Shown here one piece after another: positions 18,069 through 33,640 of a stretch of 64,000 nucleotides of DNA. The translations under genes were made by a program, and so were the position numbers. The notes beneath the pieces are model-generated. The model searched no databases and had not been told where the DNA came from. It worked only from the letters and a program-made list of their open reading frames with translations. Origin of the DNA: Thermodesulfobacteriota bacterium (GTDB lineage: Bacteria > Desulfobacterota_D > UBA1144 > Nemesobacterales > Nemesobacteraceae); NCBI GenBank assembly GCA_965202785.1, contig OZ241855.1:64001-128000 (forward strand), in the 5' to 3' direction. Position 1 is the stretch's first letter. Each line of letters begins with the position of its first letter.

Positions 18069-18132
18069 ATAAACAGAAGTTATACACATCCTACAAAACT
18101 ATAGTTTAGGGATATGATCCCATCTCTAAAGT

Positions 18133-18149
18133 GGGGTATAAAGGGGTAT
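18133..18149. repeat. GGGGTAT x2 with 10-bp period just beyond the tRNA-Leu 3' end; candidate integrase arm site
   Basis: ggggtata aaggggtat about 60 bp from the tRNA CCA end. Confidence 0.4.
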
Positions 18150-18207
18150 TGAGTTGCCCTGTTCCTTAGAAACCCTTTTGTTTTCAGGCAGTTATGCCCT
18201 TATATGA

Positions 18208-18293
18208 TGGTGCCGAAGGCGGGAGTCGAACCCGCACGCCCGTAGGGCACTACCCCCTCAAGATAGCGCGTCTGCCTATTCCGCCACTTCGGC
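18208..18293 (-). tRNA. tRNA-Leu(GAG)
   Basis: GCCGAAG acceptor stem, anticodon loop TTGAGGG, long variable arm, GGTTCGACTCC T-arm, encoded CCA. Confidence 0.96.
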
Positions 18294-18334
18294 ACAGAAT
18301 CGGATTGTAAAAACTATCACGCAAAGGACAAATT

Positions 18335-19558
18335 TCAAGCGCCAAATTTGCGAAGCCGTCCCGCGTGGGCAAGAAGAAGCGGCATTATCTCAGTCGCTTT
18401 TATGATCCCCAGATCACCGGATAGGCAGGACGATTCGGAGAAGTCCGCAACGCCCCCTCCCCTGCAGTATTTTGAACTGATCATAAGAGGCACCGGGTGC
18501 CAACTGTGCGACCTCATAGCCGATGGAGTTGAGTGGTCACCCGTAACGGCAAGAACGTCAACCCCGAGCCCCATGATTTGAGGGAGAAGCGAATCGAATT
18601 CCTCTATTACACCTGCTTTCGCCCCGAAATTTCCGTCCTCACCATAACTGTCCGTTTTCTTCACGTGGAGGTAGAAAAAGTCATAGTCATCGAAATTACG
18701 AGAAAGTGTCTCGATCTCATCACCTATGGAATCCCCGGAGACCTCAAGGACGTCCATACCGAGCAATTTCGATACTCCCCTGTACATCGGATAGGCGGCA
18801 ATGCACCCTGCCCGAAGCCCGTAAGCCTCATCAAAGGTCGGAAGGTTCGGCCTCACGGAAAAACCTCTAAGAAGCATGTAGTTAGCTGCGGGCTCATCCC
18901 TTATCACTTCGCAGGCCTTGTCAATCAGCTCTCCTGCGATCTCGGCCGTCTTCTGGGAACTGCTATTCTCCCCGCGGGGTACGACAGGAGCTTTGCCTTC
19001 TGCCTGCGGGTCCGTGTCGCAGACAAGTGCGTCTGATTCCGAGAGCTGCGCTAGAAATGACAGAACCACAACAAACCTGTGCTCAAGACCCGGATAGAAA
19101 TTTACCTTCACTCCGCATATCTCCTTGACGACCGATGATATCCTGGAAATCACTCTCTGGTTCTCCTCGGTGCTGAGCCTGCCGGCCCTCCTGTCGGTAA
19201 CGACCGGCTTGTCTCCTTCGTATCTCACGGTGGCGAAATTGCCCCTCACGGCTATGTCCGACGGGCCCAGATCAATGCCGAGGCCAAGTGCCTCAAGCAC
19301 CCCCCTCCCTATCTCGTTTCTGACGGGGTCATAACCAAAAAGCGCAAGGTGCGCGGCGCCGCTTCCCGGAGTTAGACCCCTCTCGACGGGCACATGCAGC
19401 CCCAGAGACCCGGCCGAAGAGAGCCGGTCAAGATTCGGGGTCCGTGCCGCCTCGAGTTCGGTCTTTCCGTCAACCGGAAGCCCCCCGAGTCCGTCAAGAA
19501 CGCAGAGAACTATCTTCGAGGAATTTTTCTCAACAAGTTTTGATACAAGATCCTGCAT
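18335..19558 (-). CDS. apgM: 2,3-bisphosphoglycerate-independent phosphoglycerate mutase (ApgM type)
   Basis: LDGLGG, TELEAARTPNLD, PGSG, GRGVLEALG, DRRAGR, KKTDSYGEDG, TGDHSTP, HSWHPVP. Confidence 0.92.
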   Translation of the reverse strand: MQDLVSKLVEKNSSKIVLCVLDGLGGLPVDGKTELEAARTPNLDRLSSAGSLGLHVPVERGLTPGSGAAHLALFGYDPVRNEIGRGVLEALGLGIDLGPSDIAVRGNFATVRYEGDKPVVTDRRAGRLSTEENQRVISRISSVVKEICGVKVNFYPGLEHRFVVVLSFLAQLSESDALVCDTDPQAEGKAPVVPRGENSSSQKTAEIAGELIDKACEVIRDEPAANYMLLRGFSVRPNLPTFDEAYGLRAGCIAAYPMYRGVSKLLGMDVLEVSGDSIGDEIETLSRNFDDYDFFYLHVKKTDSYGEDGNFGAKAGVIEEFDSLLPQIMGLGVDVLAVTGDHSTPSAMRSHSWHPVPLMISSKYCRGGGVADFSESSCLSGDLGIIKATEIMPLLLAHAGRLRKFGA

Positions 19559-19594
19559 TTTTCTTCCTTGCCCGACACCCGGGCGGGGATAACA

Positions 19595-20362
19595 TCAGGG
19601 GTCCCTCAGCTCTATTTCGGCTCCGTCATACGCCGGCTCTATATGATCCGGAAGTTCCGCGAGGAGCTTTTCGTACTCAAGCTCATGCCCCATATGGGTA
19701 AGAAGCGCCCTTTTGGGCCCCAGCTTTTCTATTTCCTCTACCGCCTGTTCTATGTTGAAGTGTGCCCTGTGGGGCTTGTATCTCAACGCGCCGAGTATCA
19801 GAAGGTCAAGCCCCGAGAGCTTTTCGTAGGATTCCTCGGGGATGGCGCTGCAGTCTGTAACGTAACCGAAAGACCCGATCCTGTAGCCGAGTATCTCCCA
19901 GTTGTGGTGATATATGTCGATGGGCTCTATCCTGATTCCCTCAAAGTTGATCTCCCCGTTTATCTCCTTGAAGTTAAGCCTGGGTTTTCCTCCCGCGGCG
20001 GGGAACGAATCGAATATGTAGGCGAAATTCCGCTTTATGTCGCCGAGGGTAACCGTGTTTGCATAACAGTCTATATCCATTCTGTTTATGAAGTTAAACG
20101 CCTTGAGGTCATCTATTCCGTGTGTGTGGTCCGCGTGGGAGTGGGTGTAGAGAACAAGATCGATCCTGGTTATGCCTTCCCTCAGAGCCTGGGCCCTCAG
20201 ATCGGTCGAGGTATCGATAAGTATTTTCTTCCCGGCCACCTCAACAACCACGGAACTCCTAGTACGTTTATTCTTAATATTATCCGATGTGCATACGTCA
20301 CATTGGCAGCCCACTACGGGAACGCCGGTTGAAGTGGCACATCCGAGCACTCTGACCTTCAT
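19595..20362 (-). CDS. MBL-fold metallo-hydrolase (PhnP-like phosphodiesterase)
   Basis: LGCATSTGVP, CQCDVC, THSHADHTHG, HFNI, THMGH; start placed at MKVRVLG. Confidence 0.88.
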   Translation of the reverse strand: MKVRVLGCATSTGVPVVGCQCDVCTSDNIKNKRTRSSVVVEVAGKKILIDTSTDLRAQALREGITRIDLVLYTHSHADHTHGIDDLKAFNFINRMDIDCYANTVTLGDIKRNFAYIFDSFPAAGGKPRLNFKEINGEINFEGIRIEPIDIYHHNWEILGYRIGSFGYVTDCSAIPEESYEKLSGLDLLILGALRYKPHRAHFNIEQAVEEIEKLGPKRALLTHMGHELEYEKLLAELPDHIEPAYDGAEIELRDP

Positions 20363-20467
20363 AGAACACGCCAAACATGGTAGAATTGATGTTGTAACAA
20401 CATACATAACAAATCTTCCGAAAAGAAATTTACATCGGCGTGACAACCAATATACTTTCTGCGTAAA

Positions 20468-22201
20468 GTGAAAAGCCGCACAAAACTTTTTCCCTTTCTC
20501 ATAGCTTCTATCTGTCTGCTTACCCTTTCTTTCGCCACGGCGAATGAGAGAAACAGGGCCCTCTTCGAAGAGAATTTCAAGCTTTACCGCCAGCTCGAAT
20601 CAAATTCCGAAAAAGCCAAAAGAAGCGACACATGGGAACTCGTGGGAAGCACTTTCTACAAGCTGTACTCGCAGGATCCCGAGTGGAAAAACGCCCCGCT
20701 CTGTCTCTTCGCCGCCGCCAGGGTCTACGAGAAAAAATCCCTGAGGTTCAAAACGCCGCAGGACTCTGAAAAAGCGCTTAAGTACTCACGGGAGTTCCTG
20801 AAAAGATATCCGAAAGACAGCCTGGCCGACGACTCGTGGCTTAGGGTGGGAAAGATCCTTGAGCGCAGGGGGAAGAAAAAGGAAGCCGTCACGGCCTACC
20901 AGAGAATCGTCTACGGAATGCAGGAAGCAGACACCTACGAGATAGCCAAGAAGAAACTGGCGGCACTCACGGGAGCAAAGACTTCAAAGAAAGCAGAGCC
21001 CGCGGCGAAGAAAACTCCATCAAAACCACATCCCAAGGGATATGCCGTCATAAACAAAATAAGGCACTGGTCAACGGACGATTATACGCGGGTCGTGATA
21101 GAGACCGACAAACAGGTCAAGTACACATCAAGGATGCTGCGTCCCGACCCGGAACTCAAAACCCCTCCCCGTCTCTACGTCGACCTTGAAAAGACCGTCT
21201 TTTCGGACGCGGTAAACATCGAGCCTATCACGAAGGGACTTCTCGAGAAGATAAGTTTCGCGAGCAACCGCCCCGGAGTGTCGCGCGTCGTGCTCTACAT
21301 AAAGGATCTTGAAGGCCACAAGGTTTTCTCCCTGCCGGGATCAGAACAGAACCCTTCTTTCCGGCTGGTGATGGACATAAAGGGAGCGGGAGCGCGGCCT
21401 GAGAAGATATTCGCGGACGGCGCTCCTTCTTACGGCAAGCAGGGACCCTCTCTTGAATCCAGGGTTCCCGAAGGAGAAATAGCAAGCCTTAAGCAGGCCC
21501 TCGGACTCAAGGTAAGAACCATTGTGATCGACCCGGGCCACGGAGGACATGATCCGGGCGCCGTAGGTCCAAGCGGCCTCAGGGAAAAGGACGTAAACCT
21601 CAAGATAGCCAAGAGGCTTAGGGAGAGGCTTATAGAAGAGGGAAAGAGTTTCGGCATAGAGAACGTCTACCTTACGAGAAGCACTGACAGGTTCATTCCT
21701 CTTGAGGAGCGCACGGCCATAGCGAGAAAAAGAAAAGCAGACATTTTCATATCCATACACTGCAACGGGGCAAGAAGGAAAAAGGCGCACGGGATAGAGA
21801 CCTACATACTGGGCTTTACAGACGACCAGACCTCCCTGCAGCTCGCGGCCAGGGAGAACGCCACCACGACCAAGGGACTGAATGAGCTTGGAAGCACGCT
21901 CAAGCAATACATACTCAGCGCCAAGAAAGAAGAGTCCCAGCAGGTAGCCGGTTACGTGCAGAAATCAATAATCCAGAGCGTTTCCGTGAAATACAAGTAC
22001 GTAAACAACAAGGGGGTGAAAAAGGCGCCTTTTGTCGTGCTGATCGGCGCGGACGTGCCGAGCCTGCTGGTTGAAACCTCCTTCATAACAAATCCCAGAG
22101 AGGAAAAAAGACTGAAGAGCGAAGCCTACATAGAAAGAATAGTGAACGGAATAATTCTGGGAATAAAGAAGTACTCAATGCAGACCCAGAAAGTTTCCTG
22201 A
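20468..22201 (+). CDS. N-acetylmuramoyl-L-alanine amidase (TPR + AMIN + Amidase_3)
   Basis: IDPGHGGHDPGA, EKDVNL, LEERT, ISIHCN, LAAREN, LVETSFITN; signal peptide. Confidence 0.92.
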   Translation: MKSRTKLFPFLIASICLLTLSFATANERNRALFEENFKLYRQLESNSEKAKRSDTWELVGSTFYKLYSQDPEWKNAPLCLFAAARVYEKKSLRFKTPQDSEKALKYSREFLKRYPKDSLADDSWLRVGKILERRGKKKEAVTAYQRIVYGMQEADTYEIAKKKLAALTGAKTSKKAEPAAKKTPSKPHPKGYAVINKIRHWSTDDYTRVVIETDKQVKYTSRMLRPDPELKTPPRLYVDLEKTVFSDAVNIEPITKGLLEKISFASNRPGVSRVVLYIKDLEGHKVFSLPGSEQNPSFRLVMDIKGAGARPEKIFADGAPSYGKQGPSLESRVPEGEIASLKQALGLKVRTIVIDPGHGGHDPGAVGPSGLREKDVNLKIAKRLRERLIEEGKSFGIENVYLTRSTDRFIPLEERTAIARKRKADIFISIHCNGARRKKAHGIETYILGFTDDQTSLQLAARENATTTKGLNELGSTLKQYILSAKKEESQQVAGYVQKSIIQSVSVKYKYVNNKGVKKAPFVVLIGADVPSLLVETSFITNPREEKRLKSEAYIERIVNGIILGIKKYSMQTQKVS

Positions 22202-22216
22202 GGCCCCCGCGTATTT

Positions 22217-26729
<4,513 letters not shown>

Positions 26730-26733
<4 letters not shown>

Positions 26734-28112
26734 CGCGGACTTTCCCCTACCCCGAAATTCTTCTTAACGTAGTTAATCTTGTACTGTATGTTGTCCTTAA
26801 TCCACTTGGCGTCCCACCACTCAAGCGGCCTCGCCGGAACTCCCTGAACGTAAACCCCGAAGTGCAGATGATCTCCAACGGCAAGCCCGGTAGTGCCCGT
26901 CCTTCCCACGATATCTTTTTTCCCCACGCTGTCTCCGACGCTCACATCCATCGAGCTCAGGTGGGAGTAAAGACTCATAACCCCCATCCCGTGGTCGACG
27001 ATAACCGTATTGCCGTATATGCCGAGGTGCTCAGCGAAAACCACCACTCCGCTGTTAGAGGCGGGAACGGGGTATTTTTTAGTAACCGAGAGGTCATAGC
27101 CGAGGTGATACTGATTGTCGACCACGCTGCCGTCCAGCAGGTATTTCCTGTGGTCCGCGAATGTCGCGCCCACCTTGGAATTGCGAAGCTGGTTGAACTT
27201 CCCTTTCCAGAGAATCTTCTCCCCGCTCTGTCTTCCGATCTCATATATCCTGTTGTCGTTCTCTTTTCTCGTCTCGCTGTTTATCTTGAGAAACGCTTTA
27301 AGTAAATCGGGGGTCCCGTCATCCCCGACCGGGGAATAGCCGTAAACTTTGGTGAAAAGCGGAAGTACCTTGCTCCTCAGGAACCACTCGGAGAGGCCTA
27401 TCTCATCCTTTACGTACGAGGCCCGCAGGAGCCGGTAATAAACAGATTCCCTCGCTTCGTTGCCGGCCGCGTCAGCCGCAAGAATTTCTATCTTCTCACC
27501 CCTGTCCGCGTTATACGGGTAGGCGAAAAAGGCAAGGTGTATCGAGGGGTCTTCGAAGTACCCGGGGTAGCCTTCAAAAAAGAGATCTTTTATCTGGACG
27601 CCGCTTGAGACCGTGTCCTCAGAAACCTTGTAAATGACAACTCCCGCGCCCCCGTGTCTTATGTACAGCGCGGGCGAGAGCTCCTGTACCTGGGGAGGTA
27701 TGAAATCCAGGGTGACTCTCTGGCTGAAAACAGCCTTTTTCCCGGGGAAAAGACCATTCATGAAACGGTCGGTCGCCTCTATTAAAAGTTCCGATGTGCC
27801 GCTTTTTATGCCGAGCTTCTCGGGATTGATGCTCACGCTTATCACGTCGCTTTTAGTTCCCTTCTCGTATTCTTTTTCGACAAGAACGGATTCCCCGTAA
27901 GCATCAAGCAGAGAGATGCGCACCTTGGAAAGCCCGGTGCCCTTGTCAGTCACCGTCACCTCAAAGGGCTTTAAGCCGAGACTCTTGATATCCCGCTCAA
28001 GGGATATGACCGGAGGGCTCATCTCGGCCATGGAGATAACTTTTATGAGAGCAATGATCAGAAACACAATCCCAAAAACAGCCGCAATCTGTTTTCCGGA
28101 TACTTTCAGCAT
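26730..28112 (-). CDS. M23 family metallopeptidase
   Basis: HLGYD, YGNTVIVDHG, HLH; N-terminal TM; AAGGAGGT SD. Confidence 0.9.
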
Positions 28113-28425
28113 TTAAGACAACCTCCTTCGAATTACCGCAGCAGCTTCGCTTATCACATCATAAGAGCAGCCCGGATAGCGTAAGTGAACCAGGAAGAAA
28201 CCCTGTCTCCGCACCGCCTCGGGAATCTCAAACCTGCCTCTCGCACGATCCGGCTTTACGGGGAAAGCCCGCAGCAAACAGAACATTTCTTTGGAAAGGA
28301 CCTTCCGGGCACCTCAATCTGGTTCTGTTTTTATTTGGCGGCTTTTAAGTATAATAGGCTTGTTAGGAAAATCCAGATCCTTACGGCGTAACCGAAGATA
28401 ATTCCCTGCTTTTTCACTAAGGACA

Positions 28426-31400
28426 GTGCGTAGAAGAACGATTTTTTTTATATTCACCGCAGTAGTCTGCGTTCTTGTCTTGGGGCTTTTTCTGTTCTCC
28501 CAGACCGAGCAAAGCCGCCAGTACGCAAAAAACCTCATAGAACGAAGGCTTAACTCAATCCCCAATTTCCATATCAGCCTCGGAAATATCGAGGGAAGCA
28601 TAATCTCCACAATGGAGATAGAGGATATTGAAGTGAAAATAGCCGGAGAGAGCTACATGAAAATCAAAAGGCTCTCGACTAACTACTCGATTCCCCTTCT
28701 TTACTCAATAATCTCGAGAAAGAAGCTCTACTTGTCCGACACGGAGATACAAGGTCTCAGGGTTTTTCTTGCGAAGGACAGCCAGGGGGTATGGGACTTC
28801 AAGAAACTGAAGAACAAGGACAAAACCGCCAAAGACCCTCAAGGGGAGAGAATAAGCCTCATTTTCGCGAACAACAGAATCCGCGATTCCCGCATTACGA
28901 TTGTTGACCGCACCAGAGACAAGGTCTGGGAATTTGACCTGGCTGAAGAGTCTCTGTTCTCGATAAACATCATTGAACTGACGAAAAAAATCGAACTTGA
29001 CGCAAAGGACATAAATTTCGACTACGTGTCCCCCAGAATCAGGATAAGAAATCTCAAGGGAAAAATCGATATAGCCTCCTGGGACTGCGTATTCAAAAAC
29101 GCCGGATTCAAGGTTGAGGGCGTGCCGGTCAGGGGAAGCGGGATCGCCAGAGGCCTGAGAAACCCTGATTTCGACATGACCGTGTATTTCGACGCACTTG
29201 AAATAAACGGAAAGGGAAAGGTCAACCTCCAGGCAAAAACGAAGGTCAAGATGCACTCCCTTGACAACATGGTCGGCACGATGGAGCTCTCGACGCGCGA
29301 TTCATTTCTCAACGGAAAGCCGCTTCGGACGGACTTCAAGCCGGTCAGGATTAAAGGAACAAAGACTTTCATAGAAGGGACGGTAGGCGGAGGATTCGGG
29401 GAGTCAAGCCTGAAGGGCAGCATCGACTTTAAGAAATGGCTCGCGAGGGGAGAAAAGAACTGGTTCGATTTCACCGCGGAGCTAAACGGCGCGGACACGG
29501 ATGAACTGACCGAGATACTTAACCGCACGCCCTACCCGCTTAAGTTCGGAGACGGCTCAAGGCTGAGCTCGAATCTCAGGGCAAGCGGCAGCTGGGCGAG
29601 CAGGGAAGTCTATTCCCTGCGGGTCGAACCCGATTATCTCGACGTAATAGACAGCGAGCAAAGCAACCTTCGGATCGGAGGTTACATGACCTTCAGAAAC
29701 GACGGTACGGATTTCGATTTCACCTCAAAGGCAAAAGGGTTCAAGCTGAAACTCGAATTCCCGGAGATCAGAATTGACAACTATGTTGACGGAAGCGCGA
29801 CTTTTAAGGGAACGATACCGAAAAAAGGCAAATTCTTTGAAGACAAGTACTTGCGCGTAGACGCCGACCTGAAAACAGACGAATTATACGGAATAACGAA
29901 CATAAACTCCCGGATAGACGGCAGCATTCAAAAAGGAACCCTGACTGTAAACAGGCTTAACATCCTGTCCGATCAGTTTTCCTTGTCCGCGGAAAAAACC
30001 AAAGTAACGCAGAGGGGTATTGACTGCGTTTTTGAATTCAAAACGCAGGACCTGAGTTTTCTCTCCGAGATTGACGAAAGGATTCCCCTGGTTTTAGGAA
30101 AAATAGACTCAAGCGGAAAAATCAGCGGAGACATTTCCACTCCGCTCATCGAGGCAAACTCGCGCGTGGAGAGCTTCGCCTATAGAGAAGATTTCATAGT
30201 TCAGGACATGTCCGTCCGGTCAAGCACCCGGATTGATTTAAAAAACAGCCCCAAGGTATCGCTTGACATACATCTGCAGGGAGAGCGGGCCCGCGTTCTC
30301 GGCAATTACTCGGACACGATCGAAGCAAAGATTCGGGGAACGGAAGCTCGCTTTGACGCGGGAGTTCTTTTGAGCAAGGAAAACGGTTCCTACGCCTCTT
30401 CAGAATTCAGCCTCAGCGGCCTCATGGAACACGAGAGAAAATTAAGGATGACCTATCTTGAAGGTCTTCTGAACGAGAAGCTGTTTAAAAACAAAGGAGA
30501 TATCCTCCTTGATATATCTTCGGACAGAACAAGTATTCGGGGAGATGAACTTACCTACGGAGAGGGGAAAATCTCCGACTTTCTGGGAGAAATAGACAGG
30601 AAAGAAAAAACGATCGACCTGCGGGCCGACATAACAAATTTCAATCCGCTGATAATATCAAAGGTTCTGAATCTCAGACACGACCTGGGAGGAACTCTCG
30701 ACGGAAAAGTCCGGGCCAGCGGTTCTCTTACCGCTCCTTCAGTTCAGGCCGAAATAAGGTCGGAAGGCTTCTCTTACGGGTTCCCGGCATCGGGAGATAT
30801 GAAGATCAGACTCAGTGGGGAGAAAGGAAGATTTTCTCTGGACCTTCTGTCCTCAGCGGGACAAAGGAAAAGCCTGAGCTTACGGGGAGACCTGCTGGTT
30901 CCGCGAAATGCGCAGAGTCCCCTAGAAGCGATAATGGGAACTTCGATGGACCTTCAATTGAAGTCGGACGGATACGGCCTTGGTTTCATGAAAATTTTTT
31001 CAAATTCGATAGAGAAAATCGAGGGCAACTTTTCATCCGCCGGTCTTTCTGTGGGCGGCACCCTCTCAAAACCGCGTGCAAAAGGCGATCTTGAACTAAA
31101 CGACATGAGACTCTCCCTTACCCAGCTCAGAAACAGTCTGTTCACCGAGCACGCGAAGCTTTCGTTCAGCGGGACAAAGCTCTCTTTGCCAAGAACGGAA
31201 ATCCGTTCAAAAAAGGGAAAAGCCTACCTCAAAGGCAAAATGAACATCTCCGATTTCACCTACCGCGCCGATCTTGAAATGGAGAAAGTCCGTTTTAATC
31301 CTCATTCGATAAAAACGGATCTCTCCGGTGATCTCAAGATAGAGAAAAAAGACGAATTTTTGAAAGTAACGGGAAAGACCAAGGTCACCGCGGGAAGAAT

Positions 31401-32241
31401 TCGCCTGTATCCGGGCAGGATAAAAAGCATAAAAGACATCAGTTTCATAGAAAAAAGCGAGAGCCTCGCCGATGAGTTCTCACTTGAGGCGCAGAACGAA
31501 ACCGGCTTTTACAGAGAGAAAACCGCAATGGATATCTCGGTCGACATCTCCTCGGGCACGTGGATTAAAACCAAGGAAGCCAACTTCAACACAAGAGGGA
31601 AACTGAGGCTCAAGAAACAACCGGGCGGCGACCTTAACATGCAGGGGAACATAGTGTCATCCGAGGGGTATTACGCGGTCTTCGGAAAGCTTTTCGACAT
31701 AGAGGACGCCACGCTTAATTTTACGGGGGCATCGAACAACCCGGATATCAACGTCAAGGCCTATTACGACGCCGGCGATATTGACGTGCACGTAAACGTC
31801 ACGGGAGACCTTAGGGAACCGGACCTATCCCTCTCAAGCAACCCTGCTCTTGAACAAGTCGACATAATCTCCTACATAGTTTTCGGAGCTTCGAGCAACA
31901 GGCTTCAGAACCAGCAAAGGGCCTTCGTGGGGAAATTCGCGACCGCGGTCGCCGCGGGCGGAATCTCGGAGCTTTTAAGCTCAGAGATCGGTCTTGACCT
32001 CCTGAGCATCCAGGAAGGGGAACGGGGTTTTGAGGACAGCACCCTGAAGGTCGGCTCCTACGTCACAAGAGATATCTTCGTCGGTTACGAGAGATCGCCC
32101 TCCAAGATCTCGCTTGACCACACAGTGCAGATGCGCAACAAGCTCAACCTTGAATGGAGACTTAACAGAAGATTCTCGCTTGAGAGCCAGGTGGGTGGAG
32201 AAAACCCCGGAGTCGATTTTTTCTACAATTTCAATTTTTAA
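28426..32241 (+). CDS. tamB: Translocation/assembly module TamB (AsmA-like) protein
   Basis: N-terminal anchor, long beta-rich body, C-terminal TamB-like region (NPDINVKA, LSSNPAL, ISYIVFG, terminal F). Confidence 0.8.
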   Translation: MRRRTIFFIFTAVVCVLVLGLFLFSQTEQSRQYAKNLIERRLNSIPNFHISLGNIEGSIISTMEIEDIEVKIAGESYMKIKRLSTNYSIPLLYSIISRKKLYLSDTEIQGLRVFLAKDSQGVWDFKKLKNKDKTAKDPQGERISLIFANNRIRDSRITIVDRTRDKVWEFDLAEESLFSINIIELTKKIELDAKDINFDYVSPRIRIRNLKGKIDIASWDCVFKNAGFKVEGVPVRGSGIARGLRNPDFDMTVYFDALEINGKGKVNLQAKTKVKMHSLDNMVGTMELSTRDSFLNGKPLRTDFKPVRIKGTKTFIEGTVGGGFGESSLKGSIDFKKWLARGEKNWFDFTAELNGADTDELTEILNRTPYPLKFGDGSRLSSNLRASGSWASREVYSLRVEPDYLDVIDSEQSNLRIGGYMTFRNDGTDFDFTSKAKGFKLKLEFPEIRIDNYVDGSATFKGTIPKKGKFFEDKYLRVDADLKTDELYGITNINSRIDGSIQKGTLTVNRLNILSDQFSLSAEKTKVTQRGIDCVFEFKTQDLSFLSEIDERIPLVLGKIDSSGKISGDISTPLIEANSRVESFAYREDFIVQDMSVRSSTRIDLKNSPKVSLDIHLQGERARVLGNYSDTIEAKIRGTEARFDAGVLLSKENGSYASSEFSLSGLMEHERKLRMTYLEGLLNEKLFKNKGDILLDISSDRTSIRGDELTYGEGKISDFLGEIDRKEKTIDLRADITNFNPLIISKVLNLRHDLGGTLDGKVRASGSLTAPSVQAEIRSEGFSYGFPASGDMKIRLSGEKGRFSLDLLSSAGQRKSLSLRGDLLVPRNAQSPLEAIMGTSMDLQLKSDGYGLGFMKIFSNSIEKIEGNFSSAGLSVGGTLSKPRAKGDLELNDMRLSLTQLRNSLFTEHAKLSFSGTKLSLPRTEIRSKKGKAYLKGKMNISDFTYRADLEMEKVRFNPHSIKTDLSGDLKIEKKDEFLKVTGKTKVTAGRIRLYPGRIKSIKDISFIEKSESLADEFSLEAQNETGFYREKTAMDISVDISSGTWIKTKEANFNTRGKLRLKKQPGGDLNMQGNIVSSEGYYAVFGKLFDIEDATLNFTGASNNPDINVKAYYDAGDIDVHVNVTGDLREPDLSLSSNPALEQVDIISYIVFGASSNRLQNQQRAFVGKFATAVAAGGISELLSSEIGLDLLSIQEGERGFEDSTLKVGSYVTRDIFVGYERSPSKISLDHTVQMRNKLNLEWRLNRRFSLESQVGGENPGVDFFYNFNF

Positions 32242-32292
32242 AAGACCAAACTTCGGGCATATTCTTGCCAGGAACGATAACGGAGAAACGCA

Positions 32293-33639
32293 ATGAACGG
32301 TCAAAAGCCGATAGTGGCCATAGTCGGAAGACCAAATGTCGGCAAGTCCACCCTTTTTAACAGAATAATAGGGTGGAACAAGACGATAGTGGAGGACATC
32401 CCCGGCGTCACGAGAGACAGGGTCTATGAAGACACCCGGTGGAAGGAAAAGGAGTTCACCCTGGTTGACACCGGAGGGCTTTCCCTCGGCGAAGACGACC
32501 AGGACTACTCCCTCATAAAAGAGCAGATAGACACTGCTATCTCGGAAGCGGATCTCGTGGTGATGCTCTTTGACGGCAGGGACGGGGTCATGCCCCAGGA
32601 TTCCGAGATAGTGCGGTATCTTCGAAAGACCGAAAAAAAAGTCATCTACGCCGTAAACAAAATAGACCATGGGAACATAAAGCAGGTGCTGAAAACATAC
32701 GAATTCTACGGTACGGGCACGGATGATCTCATGGCGATTTCCGCACTTCACAACAAAAACATCTACGAGCTAGTTGAGCAGATCGCTTCCTGCATAGAAA
32801 CCTCCGGGCAACCGGAAGAAGAATCGGAAGAATCCGAAGAGACGAGAATCGCCGTTATCGGCAAACCCAACGTTGGGAAATCCACGCTGGTGAACAGGAT
32901 ACTCGGAGAACAGAGACTCATAACAAGTTCCACCCCCGGCACGACCCGTGATTCCATTGACTCCGTATATGAAAAAGACGGGAAGAAATACGTCTTTATC
33001 GATACCGCGGGCATAAGAAGAAAGTCGAGAATAGACGCCGCGGTTGAAAAACACAGCGTTTTCCGGGCAATAAGGTCCATCGAAAGAGCCCACATCGTGC
33101 TGCTGATGATAGACGGTCAGGAAGGCCCGACCCACCACGACTCGCGCCTCGCGGAGCTGATTAAAGGCAGAAACAGGGCCCTTATAATACTGCTTAACAA
33201 ATGGGACCTCGCCCCCGAGGATATAGCGGACCCCAAAGAGGTTGAAGAGGTAACGAAGGAAAAACTGATCGGGGTTGACTACGCCCCCGTGCTGACCATC
33301 TCAGCTCTTACCGGCAAGAAAGTCGGAAGAATTTTCGACATCGTCGAGCGGGTGGAGAACAATTTCAGAAGAAAGATATCCACTGGAAAGCTCAACAGGT
33401 TCCTTGAGGACCTTACAAAACGCCATCCTCCCCCGGTCTACAGAAGAAAGGAAATCAAGCTTTTCTACATCTCGCAGCCTTTTACCGCGCCGCCGACATT
33501 CACGATCTTCACGAATTCGGCAAAGGGCATCCCGGAGAACTACAGAAGGTTTCTTGAGAACAAGTTAAGGGAGTACGCGGACTTCGAGGGATCTCCCCTC
33601 AGGCTTCTGTTCCGGGACAGGGAAGGAAAGGAAGTCTAG
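32293..33639 (+). CDS. der: Ribosome biogenesis GTPase Der (EngA)
   Basis: Two G domains (GRPNVGKS and GKPNVGKS, DTGG/DTAG, NKID/NKWD) and C-terminal KH-like domain. Confidence 0.97.
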   Translation: MNGQKPIVAIVGRPNVGKSTLFNRIIGWNKTIVEDIPGVTRDRVYEDTRWKEKEFTLVDTGGLSLGEDDQDYSLIKEQIDTAISEADLVVMLFDGRDGVMPQDSEIVRYLRKTEKKVIYAVNKIDHGNIKQVLKTYEFYGTGTDDLMAISALHNKNIYELVEQIASCIETSGQPEEESEESEETRIAVIGKPNVGKSTLVNRILGEQRLITSSTPGTTRDSIDSVYEKDGKKYVFIDTAGIRRKSRIDAAVEKHSVFRAIRSIERAHIVLLMIDGQEGPTHHDSRLAELIKGRNRALIILLNKWDLAPEDIADPKEVEEVTKEKLIGVDYAPVLTISALTGKKVGRIFDIVERVENNFRRKISTGKLNRFLEDLTKRHPPPVYRRKEIKLFYISQPFTAPPTFTIFTNSAKGIPENYRRFLENKLREYADFEGSPLRLLFRDREGKEV

Positions 33640-33640
33640 A

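Noticed and set aside
19568-20332. 254-aa plus-strand ORF, and similar long antisense ORFs at 24786-25550, 31981-32751, 38046-38756, 39029-39784 and 44416-45159
   Set aside because: Each lies opposite a well-supported gene, as expected from codon bias.
28113-28425. Long intergenic region upstream of the M23 peptidase, considered as a c-di-AMP/c-di-GMP riboswitch or 6S RNA
   Set aside because: Consensus motifs not found; the short complementary segments (GAACCAG/CTGGTTC, GCCCGGA/TCCGGGC) do not nest. An Rfam scan would settle it.
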